Assembly: GCA_013239625.1 (NCBI GenBank)
Contig: MU054400.1
Location: forward strand, 1,223,146-1,287,145
Length of the DNA: 64,000 nucleotides
Direction: 5' to 3'
From: Lama guanicoe
Lineage: Eukaryota
A program made the translations under genes and the position numbers. A model generated the notes under the pieces. That model did no database searches and was not told where the DNA came from. It worked only from the letters and a program-made list of their open reading frames with translations. Below are positions 9,493 through 22,325 of this stretch, piece after piece (within the stretch, counting starts at the first letter, position 1; the number at the start of each line of letters is the position of its first letter).

Positions 9493-10907
9493 CCTACTGG
9501 TTTCCCTGCCTCATTTTGAAATCCTACAGTCCAATCTCTACATGAAACCTGTGGCACTTACCATAACTGAAAATCTGACCAGAACATTTCCCTATTTAAA
9601 ACCCTCTAAAGTTCCACCCATCCAGGCACCTAAGTCTGTCCTACAAGTTTCTCTATGATCCACCCCACTAACAGTCTGAAAGAACACATGTGAGAGATTA
9701 GGAAAGGAGGTCCAGGAGCCCTAGAGAAAGAGCAAGTGTGTATGTGGGGAGCAGTGTGTTAGGATTTGGAGTTCTGGGTTGGTAGGTTTTTCATACTGAG
9801 TTTAAAGTGTTTGGGGCCATCCAGGTAAACTTGACCATAATCAGATAAAGGAGAGTGGAATTCTGGTGAGAGGTCAAGGTTAGGAACAAGGGCTTGGAGT
9901 TGTCAGTAAAGATATGGGTTAGACAAAATGGTCTCAGGAGAGGAAAAGGAGAGAAGAGGGCTCAGAGCAACACCCTGAGGAACCCCATGTTTCCAGAATG
10001 AACAGACCAGACACTCAGGAATTTGAGGCATCAGAGAAGTTGAGGAAGGAAGGAGTTTGCACAGAGCGTGGTCAGAGTGAAATGCACAGAGTAGGTTTCA
10101 TTAGGTAAAGACTGAAGAGTCCCATGGATGAGGTAATTGGAACCATACAAGATCAGTTTTAATAAACATTAAACATGAATGTAGGAGATGAAGATTTATC
10201 ATCAATTCATCCAACAAATACTTATGAAGCCTGGCACTGTTCTAGATGGAGGTGGCACAACTGTAAATAAAACAAGATTCTCGGCTCATTTGGAATGTAC
10301 AGGGAGACAGATAATAAACACCAAACCAAGTGAGAAAGATACTGTTTCATAAGGCATAAGGAGTGAGGAAGTAGAGATAGTGACTATAGACAATATTTCC
10401 AAGAATCTTGGCTGTGAAGAGGAGGAACAAGAGAAATTTGAGGCAGGAGGAAATTAGAAAAGGCTTCCAGATTGAGGGGAGAGAGGTGTGGTGGGACAGA
10501 GGGATGCAGAAGAGAAGGGGCACCTGATGGAACAGGGTCACTGTGAAGATAGGAGGAGGTGGCACCCAGAATACATTTGTGGGGATTGGTGTGGAGGAGG
10601 TTAATACTCCCTCCCTCTCTCCAGGGATAAGACCTGGAACTCTTCTCATTCTTTGGCATAGACTGGGAGCTCCCAGAAGGCAGGGCTTGGATCTCCTCCT
10701 CCAGGGTCATGGTCAAGATTAGGGTCAGGTCAGGTGATTGGGAGTCCAGCTGGAATGAGGGTGGTTAGAGAAGAAGCCCAGGTCATGGGTGGGGATAAGG
10801 TTTATATAGGATCAGAGTGGAGGTCAGGATCCAAACTGAGTTGAGGTGAAGGGTATGTTTTGGGGTCACTGAGTGGGCTTACAGTTGGGTGACAGGTGAG
10901 GCCCTAC

Positions 10908-11052
10908 CTTCCTCTTGAAAGAGCCAGTATTTCTCAGGCAAGTAGGGGTGGCCTGGTATGGACCCCTTATAGCTGTAGTCCTGCACAGCACACTTGACCA
11001 TCTTCTGCAGGGCTTCAGGATCCACGTGGCGCCGCTCAGTCTGAGTCAGGCC
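10908..11052 (-). CDS. SPMIP6: SPMIP6 coding exon 2 (GLTQTERRHVDPEALQKMVKCAVQDYSYKGSIPGHPYLPEKYWLFQEE)
   Basis: Acceptor ccccttgcccAG| at 11054-11053; donor GTAGGG at 10907; 145 nt. Confidence 0.95.
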
Positions 11053-11454
11053 CTGGGCAAGGGGAGAGGGGAGAGATAGCCAGGTGCACGGAGGCCCCAG
11101 CCTTGGCGTCCTGCTGGACCTAGATTTAGCCCCTATTGAGAAGGTCAGGATGAGACTTTGCTGCTCCTACTCCCTGAAAACCTCTGAGCTGAAGGGCCTC
11201 TTGGATCCTCTGGGCCCAGCTGAGGTTTTGTTCTGTGGGCAGATCCTGCACAATCATACTACATATGGGTGTAGGGGCCCCATGACTAAGTAAGTGAGTT
11301 TTACACACACAGACACACGTCCAGACATACACATAAATCTGTGTCCAGATACACTCAAAGACACACATGCAGATATACATCAATACATACACACTCAGAC
11401 ATGCTCATACACACACACAGAAACAAAATCAGTCATTTAGAAGAACTCACAAAT

Positions 11455-14400
11455 GTCAGTTTTTCCATCTGAGGCTTTCCTCAGATGTCTGTAACCTTTG
11501 ATTGTCTGCTCATGTTTGAGTAGGAGACTAAAAGCTCATTGGAGGCTTTGAGCCGTGGGTGGGCTTTGTCAACCATGAGCATCATTGCAGGATGATCTGG
11601 CTAGACTGTTTTTTGCAAACTCTGTCAGTATCTTTAGATCTTTTCTCTTGGGCTGATCAGATCCTTCAGAAGAGACTCTTGCAGTTTTTGGCCCGAGAGT
11701 AGTGACCTAGCTCCCAGTGTTCTGAGAACCTAGTGGAGAAGAGGGCTGTCGGAGGTTTTAGCATTCAGAATATGGAGGTTCACCTGTTTTCAGTGTAGTA
11801 CCTCGACTTTAACTGGGCCTGATATCCCCAGTCCTGAGATCCTTGCCAAAAAATAAGCCTTCTGATTTTTGCAGAGATGAGGCGGGCAGTCACCATATGG
11901 TATGGAATAGAACAGGGGATGATTAGTGGCTTTAATTGTTTCTTAACAGCTTTCAAGTCATTATTGTTCTAGCCTTGGTCCTGTCCCATCTTCGGTTCCA
12001 GAGAAGCCTAATATTACCAATTTCTGAGCCTTTCAAAAATTCTGCAGTTTTAAGTTGAATTATGTCGTATGTTTCCCACTGCTGGCTTTGGATTTAGCTT
12101 TCTCAGATCTGCTAAGTTAGTTACTACTTATCTATTACACTTTCCAGCTTCTGAAATTTTGTTGCCATCATCCCTTCCTTCTCCTATTCTTATGAATTTA
12201 TGTCTTAAATATCCATTTATTGTAGTTCTAGAGGGGTTTTAGAAGGAAGTATTTTTAACCCAGAGAACTGTAGTTATATATTCTACATGTTGCTTTATCA
12301 GTTACACGTTGTAAATATTGTCTCTCAGTTTTTGGCTTGTATCTTCATTTTCTTCTTGGTGTTTTTTGATGAACATGAATTCTTAATTTCAACATAGTTG
12401 AATTTATTAATCTCGTATATAGTCTTTTGTGACTTAAGAAATCTATCCATATTCTAAGATAATGGAGATAATGTTCTGTATTCTTATAAAAGCTATACTT
12501 TTTTACTTTTCATATTTGTCTTAATCTGTCAGGAATTGCTTTTTGGGTTTTGTGTGAATTAGAAATCAATTTTATTTTTGTCCACATGGATAACCAATTG
12601 TCCCACGAGTACTCTGCTCCCACAGATTTGTAATGCCACCCCAAGCCTGACACATCTTTTCCATAGCTTTACTTTCAGTCATCTCTGTTGCATATGGTTT
12701 CCATGTATGCGTGGCTCCATTTCTGATCTATTTTAATCCAATCTGTATATCTCTACAGTAATACTATGTTTCATGAATTTTATAGCTTGGTAATAAATAT
12801 TAATATCTGATTGGGCAAGTCTCCTTCTTCAGGTGTGTTTTAGCTATTCTTGGGCCTCTGCTCTTCTCCATAAATTTTAGAAACAGGTGGTCAAATTCTT
12901 CAAAAAATCCTGTTGAGATATTAATCCAAATTGCATTGAATCTTTAAAAATATATATATTTTATTATTGTATCATTTTATTTTATTTTAAATTGGCAGGG
13001 GGAGGTGTCTAGGTTTTATTTTATTTTTTGAGGAGATACTGGGGATTGAACCCTGGACCTCAAGCATGCTAAGCATACACTCTACAACTTGAGCTATACC
13101 CTTCCTCCTTGAATTGCATTGAATATTAATGTAACTTTTCCTATCCATGAGCATGTTATACCTTTTCATTTATTTAAGTATTTTTTTTTAGGTATTCAGA
13201 GTTTTATAATACTAGCCATAGTTTTATATATACTGTTAGATTTATTTCTACTTATCTTTACTCTTTGTTGCTAAAATGATATATATGTATTTATGATTAT
13301 GCTTCCTAAATATGTTTTTGATGTAAAGAAATGCAATTGACATTTTTAATCTTCTATTCATCCAACTTTCTAAATTCTTATTCTAATAATTTGTAGATTT
13401 TATATACACAACTCTCATCTGTGAATAAAAGTTTTTACAAAAATTCCTTTCCTATTCTTGCATCTTACATGATATTGTTTTCCAGTATTTTTATTCTTTC
13501 TTTAAATTTTACAAATCAAAAATTATTATAATTATTTTCTATAGATAGTTTGCTTAAGTTTATCTCATATTTACCAATTTCTTATAGCTCACCATTCGTT
13601 CTTGCATCTCAGACCTTCCTTTTGCGATCATCTTCCTTCTCCCCAAAGTATATCCTTTAGAAGTTCCTTTATTGTGGTAGTAAATATTTTAGTTTTTGTT
13701 TGCCTGTAAATGTCTTTATCTTTCTTTTGTTGTTGTGGGAAGACATTTTGAAAATAATTTCTCTCTGCATGTTTTTAAGATCACCTCTTGAGCTGATACT
13801 GTGCAGTTTCATGTGAGTTACCAAAGAATCTGTAGATTCATTAGTTGTGGAAAATTCAGAGCCTTTTTCTCTTCAGATAATGCCTATTCTCCTTTCTGCT
13901 CTTTCCTTCTGGGACTTGGAGTAGTTGAGTGGGATCCTCTCTTTCTATCTTTCTTATTGCTTAATGTTTCTTTCATATTTTCTGTCTGTCTCTCTGTGCT
14001 GCGTTCTGGGAAATTTCTTTCACTCTATCTTTCATTTCACTGACGCTCTTAAGCTGTATCTAATTTGCTCCTAAACCCATCCATTGAGTTTTTGGTTCTA
14101 ACACATGTATCTTTTATCTCTAAAATTTATTTTTCATTTCTTTTAAAAATTTGTCTGGGGTTATTAAAAATATAATCTTTTGCTTGCTTGTTTTGTTGAT
14201 TTCATGTTTTATTTTAAAAAATTCATAATTATTTTGTATTCTTTAACTGTTAATCTAATATCTGATGTTCTTAGAGGTTTAAGTCTATTGTTTCTTGTTT
14301 CTGCAGACTCTGTCATATGGTGGTTTGTTTCCTTATATCTCTTATTGTGAGCTCAGATTTGTTGACTGTACTCTGAAGGACACCTGGAAACCTACATTGA

Positions 14401-14750
14401 AGATATTTTCCACCATAGAAAATATACATTCATCTGTGTGCGTGTGTATGTGTGTGTGTGTGGGGGGCAGGGAGCCAGAGATCACTGAACTTTCTGGTTC
14501 AGTTTGTAATTTACAGGTTTAATTGCTCCATCTTTCAGCTAGCTTAAAGCTTAAACTCCTGCTTGTAGTAGTGATAGTGGCATTTGTCCTCAAGGCAATC
14601 CTGTCTTCTAAATATACTTACCATTTGTCTCCAGGATAGTCCAAAACAAAATGAAAGTGAATTTTTATGCATGACCTAGTTGTTTTGGAGCAGGAGGGCC
14701 CTTCAGAGTTTCCAGACCCTCATATTGCCAGAAGCAGAAGTCTTTTGCCT
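11455..14750 (-). mobile_element. Cluster of old L1M / HAL1-like LINE fragments
   Basis: T-rich plus strand with decayed L1 ORF2-like motifs (attgcattgaat, ctatccatgagcatg, aagaaatgcaattga); subfamilies not resolved. Confidence 0.6.
12942..13111 (-). mobile_element. Vic-1-type camelid SINE inserted in old L1
   Basis: Minus strand gggtatagctcaagttgtagagtgtatgcttagcatgcttgaggtccagggttcaatccccag; perfect 13-bp TSD AATTGCATTGAAT at 12929-12941 and 13112-13124. Confidence 0.9.
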
Positions 14751-14799
14751 TTGTTATTAATCCCACTGCTATCTGACTTTCATTCCTCTCCACTCACTG

Positions 14800-15350
14800 T
14801 AGCTGTCTGGCCAAATTGCAAAGGGTTACTACATCCAAGAGATCCCTTTCTGTGGCGACAACATTTGACACTGAGCTTTGTCCAATAATGCTGTCTTTGT
14901 CGGTTTCTCTTTGATTTTCCTATCACTCTGTCTCCTTTTATGGCTTTTCTTCCTTTACCTACCCCTTAAATACTGATATTCTCCAACGTTCTGTCCTTTC
15001 TCTGGCCATTTTCTTACTCTTTTTTGGCAATCTCATTTACTCCTATGACTTCAGTTACCATCTATATATATGCTGATGATTTCAAAATCTATGTCTGTAG
15101 CCCAAACCTCTTTCCTCTTCAAATAAGTATATCCTGCTACCCACCAGACGTCTTTTCCTGGAAGTCTTTGAATAGTTTTGTCCCCAGATGAACTCCAAAT
15201 CTCTCTCTAATCTGCAATTCCAAATCTCAGTTGGTAGCACTGCCATTCTTCCAGTTTCCAGAGCTCAAAATCCAGGAGTCATCCTAATCGCTCCCCTCTT
15301 CTTTATATCCACATGGTGACCAAGATCTATTGATTGCCTTCCTAAAAATT
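14800..15350 (+). mobile_element. L2 LINE fragment
   Basis: L2-like motifs (ctcatttactcctatgacttcagttaccatcta...tgctgatgatttcaaaatcta; ggagtcatcct). Confidence 0.7.
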
Positions 15351-15369
15351 CTCTGCTATTGAGTGTGGA

Positions 15370-15905
15370 AAAGCAGGCAGGAACTCTCATATTTTGCTGG
15401 TGGGCATGTAGATTATTAAAACCCTTATTATAGTAATTTGAAGTTATATCCAAAGTTTTAAAAATGTACATATACTTTCTTCCAACAATTTCATGTCTAT
15501 GAATTTATCCTAAGGGAATAGTTGATGTATACAAAGATATATATACAGGAATAATTGTACTAGCAAAATAACCTAAATTTCCAGTAATAGAAGATTCCTT
15601 AAATATATGGCATGTTCATAAGATAAAATACTATGCAGTTATTAAAATTACATTGTAGAATATTTTTGAGACAGGAAAATGTACTTGATAAATGGTTTTG
15701 TGAAAAAAGCAAGATACAAAATATTAGTAAACAATCTGACACCATCTTCATAAAAAATACTTTCTTCCTGAAAAGGCATATAATAATAAATTAACTGGTT
15801 ATTTGGGGGTAGGGAGATTATAGGCCTTTTTTCTTTGTGCTTCCCTGAGTTATCCCCATTTTCTGCATTGAGCACATATTTATTTTGTAAGCATAAAAAT
15901 TAAAA
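15370..15905 (+). mobile_element. L1ME-type 3' fragment
   Basis: ggaactctcata...ctggtggg; gaatttatcctaagg; aatactatgcagttattaaaa; A-rich end. Confidence 0.7.
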
Positions 15906-17109
15906 AAATTCCCTCTTATTCAACAAATTCCCTTTCCCACTGCTGCAGTCTCTTCTTGTTTCCCACCTACAGCCTCCTCCCTCATCCTTTATCACCTCCC
16001 CGGGCTTCCTGCCCTCAGCCCCAGCCCCTCCAATCTCCTGCCACAGTGGCCAGAATGCGTAACTCACAATCCAAGCATGACACTCCCAGGCTCAGAAATC
16101 TGGAGCATTATGACCACATTTCTCAACATAAACTGAGGCCTTTGTGGTCTTCAGGCTCCTCTTTTACCATAGGGCTGGCCTTTCCCTCTGCTCTCGCTCT
16201 CAGTTTCCGGTGGGTCCCTGCCTCTGAGCTTTCCTTTGTCACATTTCTCTTCTGCTTGAAGTATCTTCCTCCTGGATCTCTTGGTAGACCTGCCCTTCAA
16301 GTCCCAGGCACAAGCTTCCCTTTCTGGCTCTTATACCAGTACACACCTCTGCTGGTGCATGTTCCACACTGGGCAGCCGTACCTTGTTCAGTTTTTGCTG
16401 AGAGCTCCTCAAAGGCAGGGCCTGGCCCTTCATTGGTATATCCTGTATACCTGGCACATGTAGCTACTCGGCAAAGTTTTTGTTGGATGGTACACACGGA
16501 TAAACTCCCCTAGGCAGAGTCACAGTTAGACTCACAGATCTTCTCTCCAACGCTGCACAGCCCCACTTGGCCATCTATCTTCAAGTACAAACACAGGAGA
16601 TTTGCATGCATATGAGTGATACTCATGCATAAAAACATGACTATAGGCATAGCCCACAGGCAGCCCCAGGGCCTTTGCACTTTCTGATCCCTCTGCCTGG
16701 AACCCTATTCTTTCAGCTCTTCACCAGGCTAGTTTTCATCTTTCCAGTGTCAGCTCAATGTCACCCTGAGAGAGAGAGCTCTTTTACCACTTCTTTATTT
16801 AAGTAGTTACTTTCCATTTCCAGTACTCAGTTTATTTCTGTTATAGAATTTTGGACAATTTATAAAACTCTTGATTATCATCTATCTCTCCCCATCTCCT
16901 ACCCTCGTGGAGTAGGAGGGGGCACCATGAGGGCAGGATCTTTTACTATTTTATGTATCATCATAAATTCCATGTCTAAGCAAATGAATCACATACACAC
17001 AAATCTTCAAATAATTACAAACATATGGCAACCGCACACTGTCCAGACATACACGGCCATACACTCTGGCCTGCCCACCCCACAACCCCAGCCCCAACTC
17101 TCCACTTAC

Positions 17110-17244
17110 CAGGGTCACAAACTTGTTGGCTTCCCAGGCCCACAGAGGTGGGTCCTTATAGACCTCCTTGATGGAGGTAGGAGCCCTGTAGGAGTCACTG
17201 TAGGTGCTGATGGGGGTCTTGGTCTTATGGGAAAAGAGGAACAT
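17110..17244 (-). CDS. SPMIP6: SPMIP6 coding exon 1 (MFLFSHKTKTPISTYSDSYRAPTSIKEVYKDPPLWAWEANKFVTL); sperm microtubule inner protein 6 / SMRP1 / CBE1
   Basis: ATG 17244; donor GTAAGT at 17109. Exons of 135+145+116+76+230+87 nt sum to 789 nt = 262 aa plus stop, with no frameshift. Confidence 0.96.
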
Positions 17245-17609
17245 AGTGGGGTCTAGGGGATGCTGTGGTGGGCTCTACCTACCAAGGGCTCCTGCAAGAC
17301 ATCAGTGACCACCCTCCCCTTTCCCAGATAGCCCACGCCTCTAGCCCAGCAGGTGCTCCTAGCTGCTCCGCCCCACTCCTGTGGAGGATCTCTCAGCTTC
17401 CCTCCCCAGCAGCCTTCCTGCTCCTACCCCACCCTGGTTCCTCCTCTAGGATGGTCCCTGCCCATTATGATATCATCTGGCTCAGCCCCATCCCTGGAGA
17501 GATGGAAGAGGTCCGATTTCCTCCCTACCCCAGCCTCTTCCTGCTTCAAGCCTCTCAAAACAGCCCAATTTCCAAGAGTTCAGAAGGCCCCTGGAGATCT
17601 TCTAGGCCA

Positions 17610-17710
17610 AGCTTCTCACTGTGATGAAGAGAAACGGAGGTTCCGAGAGGTCAAGTGACTCGCCCAGGGCCATGCAGCTGGTCGGTGGCAGGCCTGGCCT
17701 GGGAACCCAC
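17610..17710 (-). mobile_element. MIR fragment between the FAM219A poly(A) site and the SPMIP6 start
   Basis: gaaacggaggttccgagaggtcaagtgactcgcccagggccatgcagctgg...gggaaccca. Confidence 0.75.
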
Positions 17711-17799
17711 GGGTGGAGGTAGAGTGAAATGTGCACTCTGAGGATCAGTTCTCTGCCCTTCCCAGCCCGTCTGCCCCACACCCCAGGTAGGGAGCTGAG

Positions 17800-20517
17800 G
17801 CTGGCTTGTTTGATGCTTTTAATATCATTATTTGTGTTACACGATACACAACCAAGGATGATGGTCAATACTGCGATGGAAATGTTAAAAAAAAATATTA
17901 TACACGGCTCATGTCTTCCACACATCTTCCTGGAAATAAATTAGTGAGCGCGGAGAAACCTGGCTGGGTGGCCGCCAGAGCTGAGGGTAGAGGGAGTGTT
18001 AAGGCAGTATCTACAAGGGGGAAGGTGACAGGGGGCACACTAAGGCCTCGATTCCTCCCCTCCAACCTCCCAGGCAGGGAGGAGGGAACCATGCACTCTC
18101 CCTAGACCCAGAAGGTGCTGGCTGCCAGCTTCCTACCTCTCTCCACCACTCTCACTGCCTTAGTTGGAAGCCCATGCCTGCCAGAGAACTAGGTATATCT
18201 TCTGGGGAGGGAGCCTTTCCTATGTTCCTCAGGGCCAGAGAGGTTGAGCAGTGGGCCAGAGACATACAGCAGGTCAGCAGCAAAGGCAGGAGTCTAAATA
18301 AGCCCTGGTGAGAGCTCTTCCGGGAAGAGAGGAGGTACCATGTTCTCGAAGAGTGAGTTGAGGAGACTAGGGTGGTGGTGGTAGTAATAGGAAGCTTGGC
18401 TCTGGGGCCCAGATGACCGGGGGTGGGTGTGCTGACCAGGGTGGGAGAAATAGGCTCTGATGGGGGCCAGCATGGGCCTTGTAGATGCCTTCTGTGTCCT
18501 TGCCTCCCTCTGGCATGTTGTCATCATCTCACCAGGGTCCCTGCACTAGAGGAGGTAGGGGTGGCTTGGAGGAGTTGAGGGTGCAGAGCTGCACCTCAAT
18601 ACAGCAGAGCTGGCAGGCCCTGGGTGTGGTGCAGGGAGAGTGCTACCCTTCCTAAGCCAGCAGCCTTACGCTTTCTTCTCACTGTCCTCTCCCCCTTCCA
18701 ACTCCCACCTCCCAGGGGAGTCGGCCGTGGCCATGTCCTGCATATGCTTGTAGCATATGAGTGGTGTATATTACAGTGGATACACCAGCCAGTGTCGGGG
18801 GTCAGCATGGAAGAATGGCCCTGGAGTACGGGGTTCGTGGGACATGGACCTGAAGAGGCGGAGGCTATCTGTGCTTCTGTGTTTCTTTGCGTGTGGTGCA
18901 GGTCGATATTGCCGTCCCAGGGGAGGGCCTTGGTCACCTCTTCCCTGTTGATTTTCATCCTCAGCTTTTCTGGCAACTACTCCCGCCCCTGCCACCAACC
19001 AGCAACAGCAGAAGAAGCAGCAGTAAACACATTCTGACTCATAGACACCCCACACAGCCACACACACACAATATATATCCACACACACATACACATTCAC
19101 AGACACACACACGGGTTCCCCCAAAGATCTGCGGGTATTCAGACATACGCAGGTCCGACAGGAGCCGCCCCCTCTCCTTTCCACACAGACATGCAGCTCA
19201 GGAAGCCCCCAAAGACACACAGACCTCCCTTTCCACCTCCACAGAAATTCCTGTGAAGAAATTCCTTCAGGTTTGAAAGGACCTTAAAAATAATTTCAGA
19301 TGCGGTTCATTGTACAGTTGAGGAAGCTGAAGCCCAGAGAACATTAATTGTCTTGTTGGAGATAACGGGGAGAGTGCCAGAGCCAGGGCCAGAACCCAGC
19401 CCTCTGACCCCTAGTCCCCTGCACTGCTGAACAGCCTCTCACACTGTTAACAGGCCACACAGTCACTTCCCCACCATGGACACCCCAGACATCTGGAGAG
19501 ACAGGCCCAGTGCAGAGAGACAGACACACACCCTGACAGCCTCAGGCACACACACATTCTGCCAAGCTGTCCCTACCATACACATGCAGTCACTGTATTC
19601 TCCTAAGCTGGCTTCCTTGAAGATTCTTACTGGGAAGCAGCCTCCAGGATTTTGGGCTGGAGTGAGACGGGAATGGGGCATTCGAGGCCAGCCTTACCTC
19701 CTGCTTCCAGCCTGGGACAGATACCAATGAACAGAACAGAAGTGTGTGTCAGGGGGTGGGGGGCCCAGAGAGATAGAGGTATTAGGGGCAGGTGAGGACA
19801 GATCATACCAACCTAAACTCTGGCCTGTCTTTAAGGCCCATCACACCCTCCACACAACCCAGAGAGCAAGGAAGGGGGTGAATAGGACAAAGAGCTGGGA
19901 GAAGGCAGTGATCTGATGGGTGGGGGGCAATATCCCACTGGGCAGCTTTGCCAGGCTTTCCATCTGGAGATGAGAGAAGAAACACAGATGGTACATGGGC
20001 CAGCAGAGGGGCATGTGGAGGGGGCTGGGCCCCGCCCCTACTGCTCTGGGCCTTTCTCCCTCCTAGCTCCTTCCCTTGTTAGGCTGGGGCTGGGGGGGTT
20101 CATGGCTTCGCTGGGGTGGGGCCAAACCCCTGGCTTTGTGCTCCCTCCCCCTACTTGTTACTGTTGACCTCCTTGCAGTCTGGTCACCGCTTTCCCCCAC
20201 CGGACTGCAGCTTTGGGGAGGGGGCAGGTTGCTGGGCGGGATCCCCCCAAGTAACTGAACAAACAGCCCCCTCCCCTCCTCAGCACCCCACCCCCCTTCC
20301 CGGGGTGGAGAGAGACCCGGTCTTGGTTTCTCCGGCTCCATGAACACACAGAGGTACACGTCCTACCATAGGAGGAAGCAATGACTGTTACGAGGTTGGC
20401 GACTCCAGGGGGCGCGGGGGCCAGGGGCAGGCAGACGAGCTGGGGAGGGGTTGGCCCCTGCCCGGTCCAACCTGGCCCCTGGCGGCCCCACCCCGGCGGC
20501 CGCAGCGGCCCCGCCCG
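17800..20517 (-). other. FAM219A: FAM219A 3'UTR (~2.7 kb)
   Basis: Lies between the stop codon and ATTAAA; contains imperfect (UG)n at ~19045-19112 and a MIR remnant at ~19305-19420. Confidence 0.65.
17818..17823 (-). terminator. FAM219A: Probable FAM219A polyadenylation signal (ATTAAA)
   Basis: ATTAAA on the minus strand at the end of an AU-rich block ~2.7 kb past the stop codon. Confidence 0.65.
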
Positions 20518-20676
20518 CTACTGAATGTGGCAGGCGGTGGAGGACGTGGCCTGGCAGCACATGCAGGTGGGGTTCACGGACTTGGGGGGAATGAGGTCCA
20601 GGTCCTCGTCGTCAGGGATCTCGTCTAACCGGTAGCCGTCCTTCAGCAGCTGGATGTTCAAATCTTGGTTGATCTG
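20518..20676 (-). CDS. FAM219A: FAM219A last coding exon (QINQDLNIQLLKDGYRLDEIPDDEDLDLIPPKSVNPTCMCCQATSSTACHIQ*)
   Basis: Acceptor tttgtctacAG|cAG; stop TAG 20520-20518; matches the FAM219A C-terminus. Confidence 0.96.
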   Translation of the reverse strand, partial: QINQDLNIQLLKDGYRLDEIPDDEDLDLIPPKSVNPTCMCCQATSSTACHIQ

Positions 20677-21231
20677 CTGTAGACAAAGGGGGGTGGAGGT
20701 CAGGCTCAGAGCGATACGGAGGCACCACCCCCAACTGGGGTTACAACCCCAGGCCATCCGCACCCAGCTCTGTCCTATCCCAGGTCTCCCTGAAACCCAG
20801 GGCTTTGCACCGCCTTTGGCCTCAACCTCAGTTCTGGCCTCCTTCACAGGAACATCCTTGTGGAGCCGGGCCCTGCTACATACCCTATTCCATTCTAACT
20901 TCCCATCTCAGGCCCTGCCCTTATTTCAGGCCTACCCCCATAAACTGTTGCCCGTATTTCACACCCCATTCTATTTAAGTCTCTGTTCCAACCAAGTTTG
21001 AATCCAAGCCCTTCCCCTAACCCTGGGCTCCCAGCACTAGAGGGACAGAGTCCAAGGCCTCACCTTTCTTTCACACCAGATCTTATCCCAGGCCCCACCC
21101 CCGCCATGGGCTCCACCTAGCTTCGCCCATTGCTCCTCTCAGGATGTGATTTGGCATTGGTCCCACCCTTCTCCTAGATGGACGCGGTCTTGCTCAGGGG
21201 TGTCCAGGGCGGGAAGGGGTTGGGGCCTCAC

Positions 21232-21286
21232 CTCAGCAGAGGAGTAGCCAGAGGAGGAATATCTGGACATGTCAAAGTCATCATCA
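21232..21286 (-). CDS. FAM219A: FAM219A exon 5 (SDDDFDMSRYSSSGYSSAE)
   Basis: Acceptor AG 21288-21287; donor GTGAGG at 21231; 55 nt. Confidence 0.95.
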
Positions 21287-21879
21287 CTGGCCATGGAGGA
21301 AAGAAGACAGGAATTGATTCCCAGACATTAAAGGGAAAACTCCCTGTACTCACCGCCCCCATCAAACAATACCCCAGCCTTCCCCCATGCTTCCAAATAA
21401 ACAGCAGGATCTAAATAAAAACTGTGCTTGCTGCGGAAATGCAGTTTAAGACAGGTTCCTTAGCCCCACCTTTCTAAATAAATTGCCACCCTTAACCTCC
21501 TTCTAATTCAAGTTGCTACTCTCCCACATCTCTCCCCGACTTTTTTTTCTAGGCTCAAATCACCCTGGTTGTTGGGTTTTCCCAAAGTCCAGGTCTAGCC
21601 AGGTGTGTTCCCAGCAGTAGGACTCCTCCCTCAGAGGGGGCAGGGCAGCCATTGGATCAGCTGTCCCAGGCCAGCAGCAGACTGCACAGCCCCCTTTTCC
21701 TCTCTCTGCTCTCCCGTCTCCAGGTAAAAAGTTCCATTCCCTGGGGAAATTTTTGGAGAGCTCCTGGCTGAGGAGCACCCCAATTCTGACAATATAGCAG
21801 AGGTGGTCTGTACAGCGCACTTGTATGTTCACACAGGTTCTTATGGCTTGCCTGGCTGCCCCAATGTCCCCGTGCGTAC

Positions 21880-21960
21880 CTGTCCGTGTCAAGGGCTACC
21901 AGGGGCTTCTCGTCTGGGCTCTGGTCAAGCGAGGAGTAGCCTTTATTGGGGACGACCAGC
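21880..21960 (-). CDS. FAM219A: FAM219A exon 4 (RLVVPNKGYSSLDQSPDEKPLVALDTD)
   Basis: Acceptor AG 21962-21961; donor GTACGC at 21879; 81 nt. Confidence 0.95.
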
Positions 21961-22222
21961 CTGGGTGGAGAATTTTGGAGATTGGATTGGCAGCTGGAGC
22001 ATACAAGCCTGGCAAGGAACTGGGTTGGGCCCTGTCCCACCAATTCCCTCCCCTCTCCCACCCACTAACCCCCTCCCCCCACCACCTCGGATCCTGTGAG
22101 ACTCTCTCCTGTCAGAGAGGAGCTGGGCCTGAGCAGGGAGGGAAGAAGGGAGCCTCAGAACCAGCAGAGATACGCTGGCAAGGCAAGGTCCAGGTCAGTT
22201 TCGGGGGCAGGGGGGCCTCTAC

Positions 22223-22325
22223 CTTGTCCGGGCCATGACATTGTTCTTCTTGGGCTGCTGGTTGACGGGGCTGCCCATGCTGCCGTTCTTCAGCGAGCCC
22301 TTCCGGGCCAGCTCCCTCTGCTTCT
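22223..22325 (-). CDS. FAM219A: FAM219A exon 3 (EKQRELARKGSLKNGSMGSPVNQQPKKNNVMART)
   Basis: Acceptor ttcccctgcAG| at 22327-22326; donor GTAGAG at 22222; 103 nt. Confidence 0.95.

Noticed and set aside
15956..16513. Longest ORF in the track (185 aa)
   Set aside because: Non-ATG start, lies in decayed L2, no recognisable protein features.
17867..19029. 7-mer miRNA seed matches in the FAM219A 3'UTR (miR-200b/c at 17867, let-7 at 18552, miR-15/16 at 19016, miR-30 at 19023)
   Set aside because: Expected by chance in 2.7 kb; conservation cannot be assessed here.
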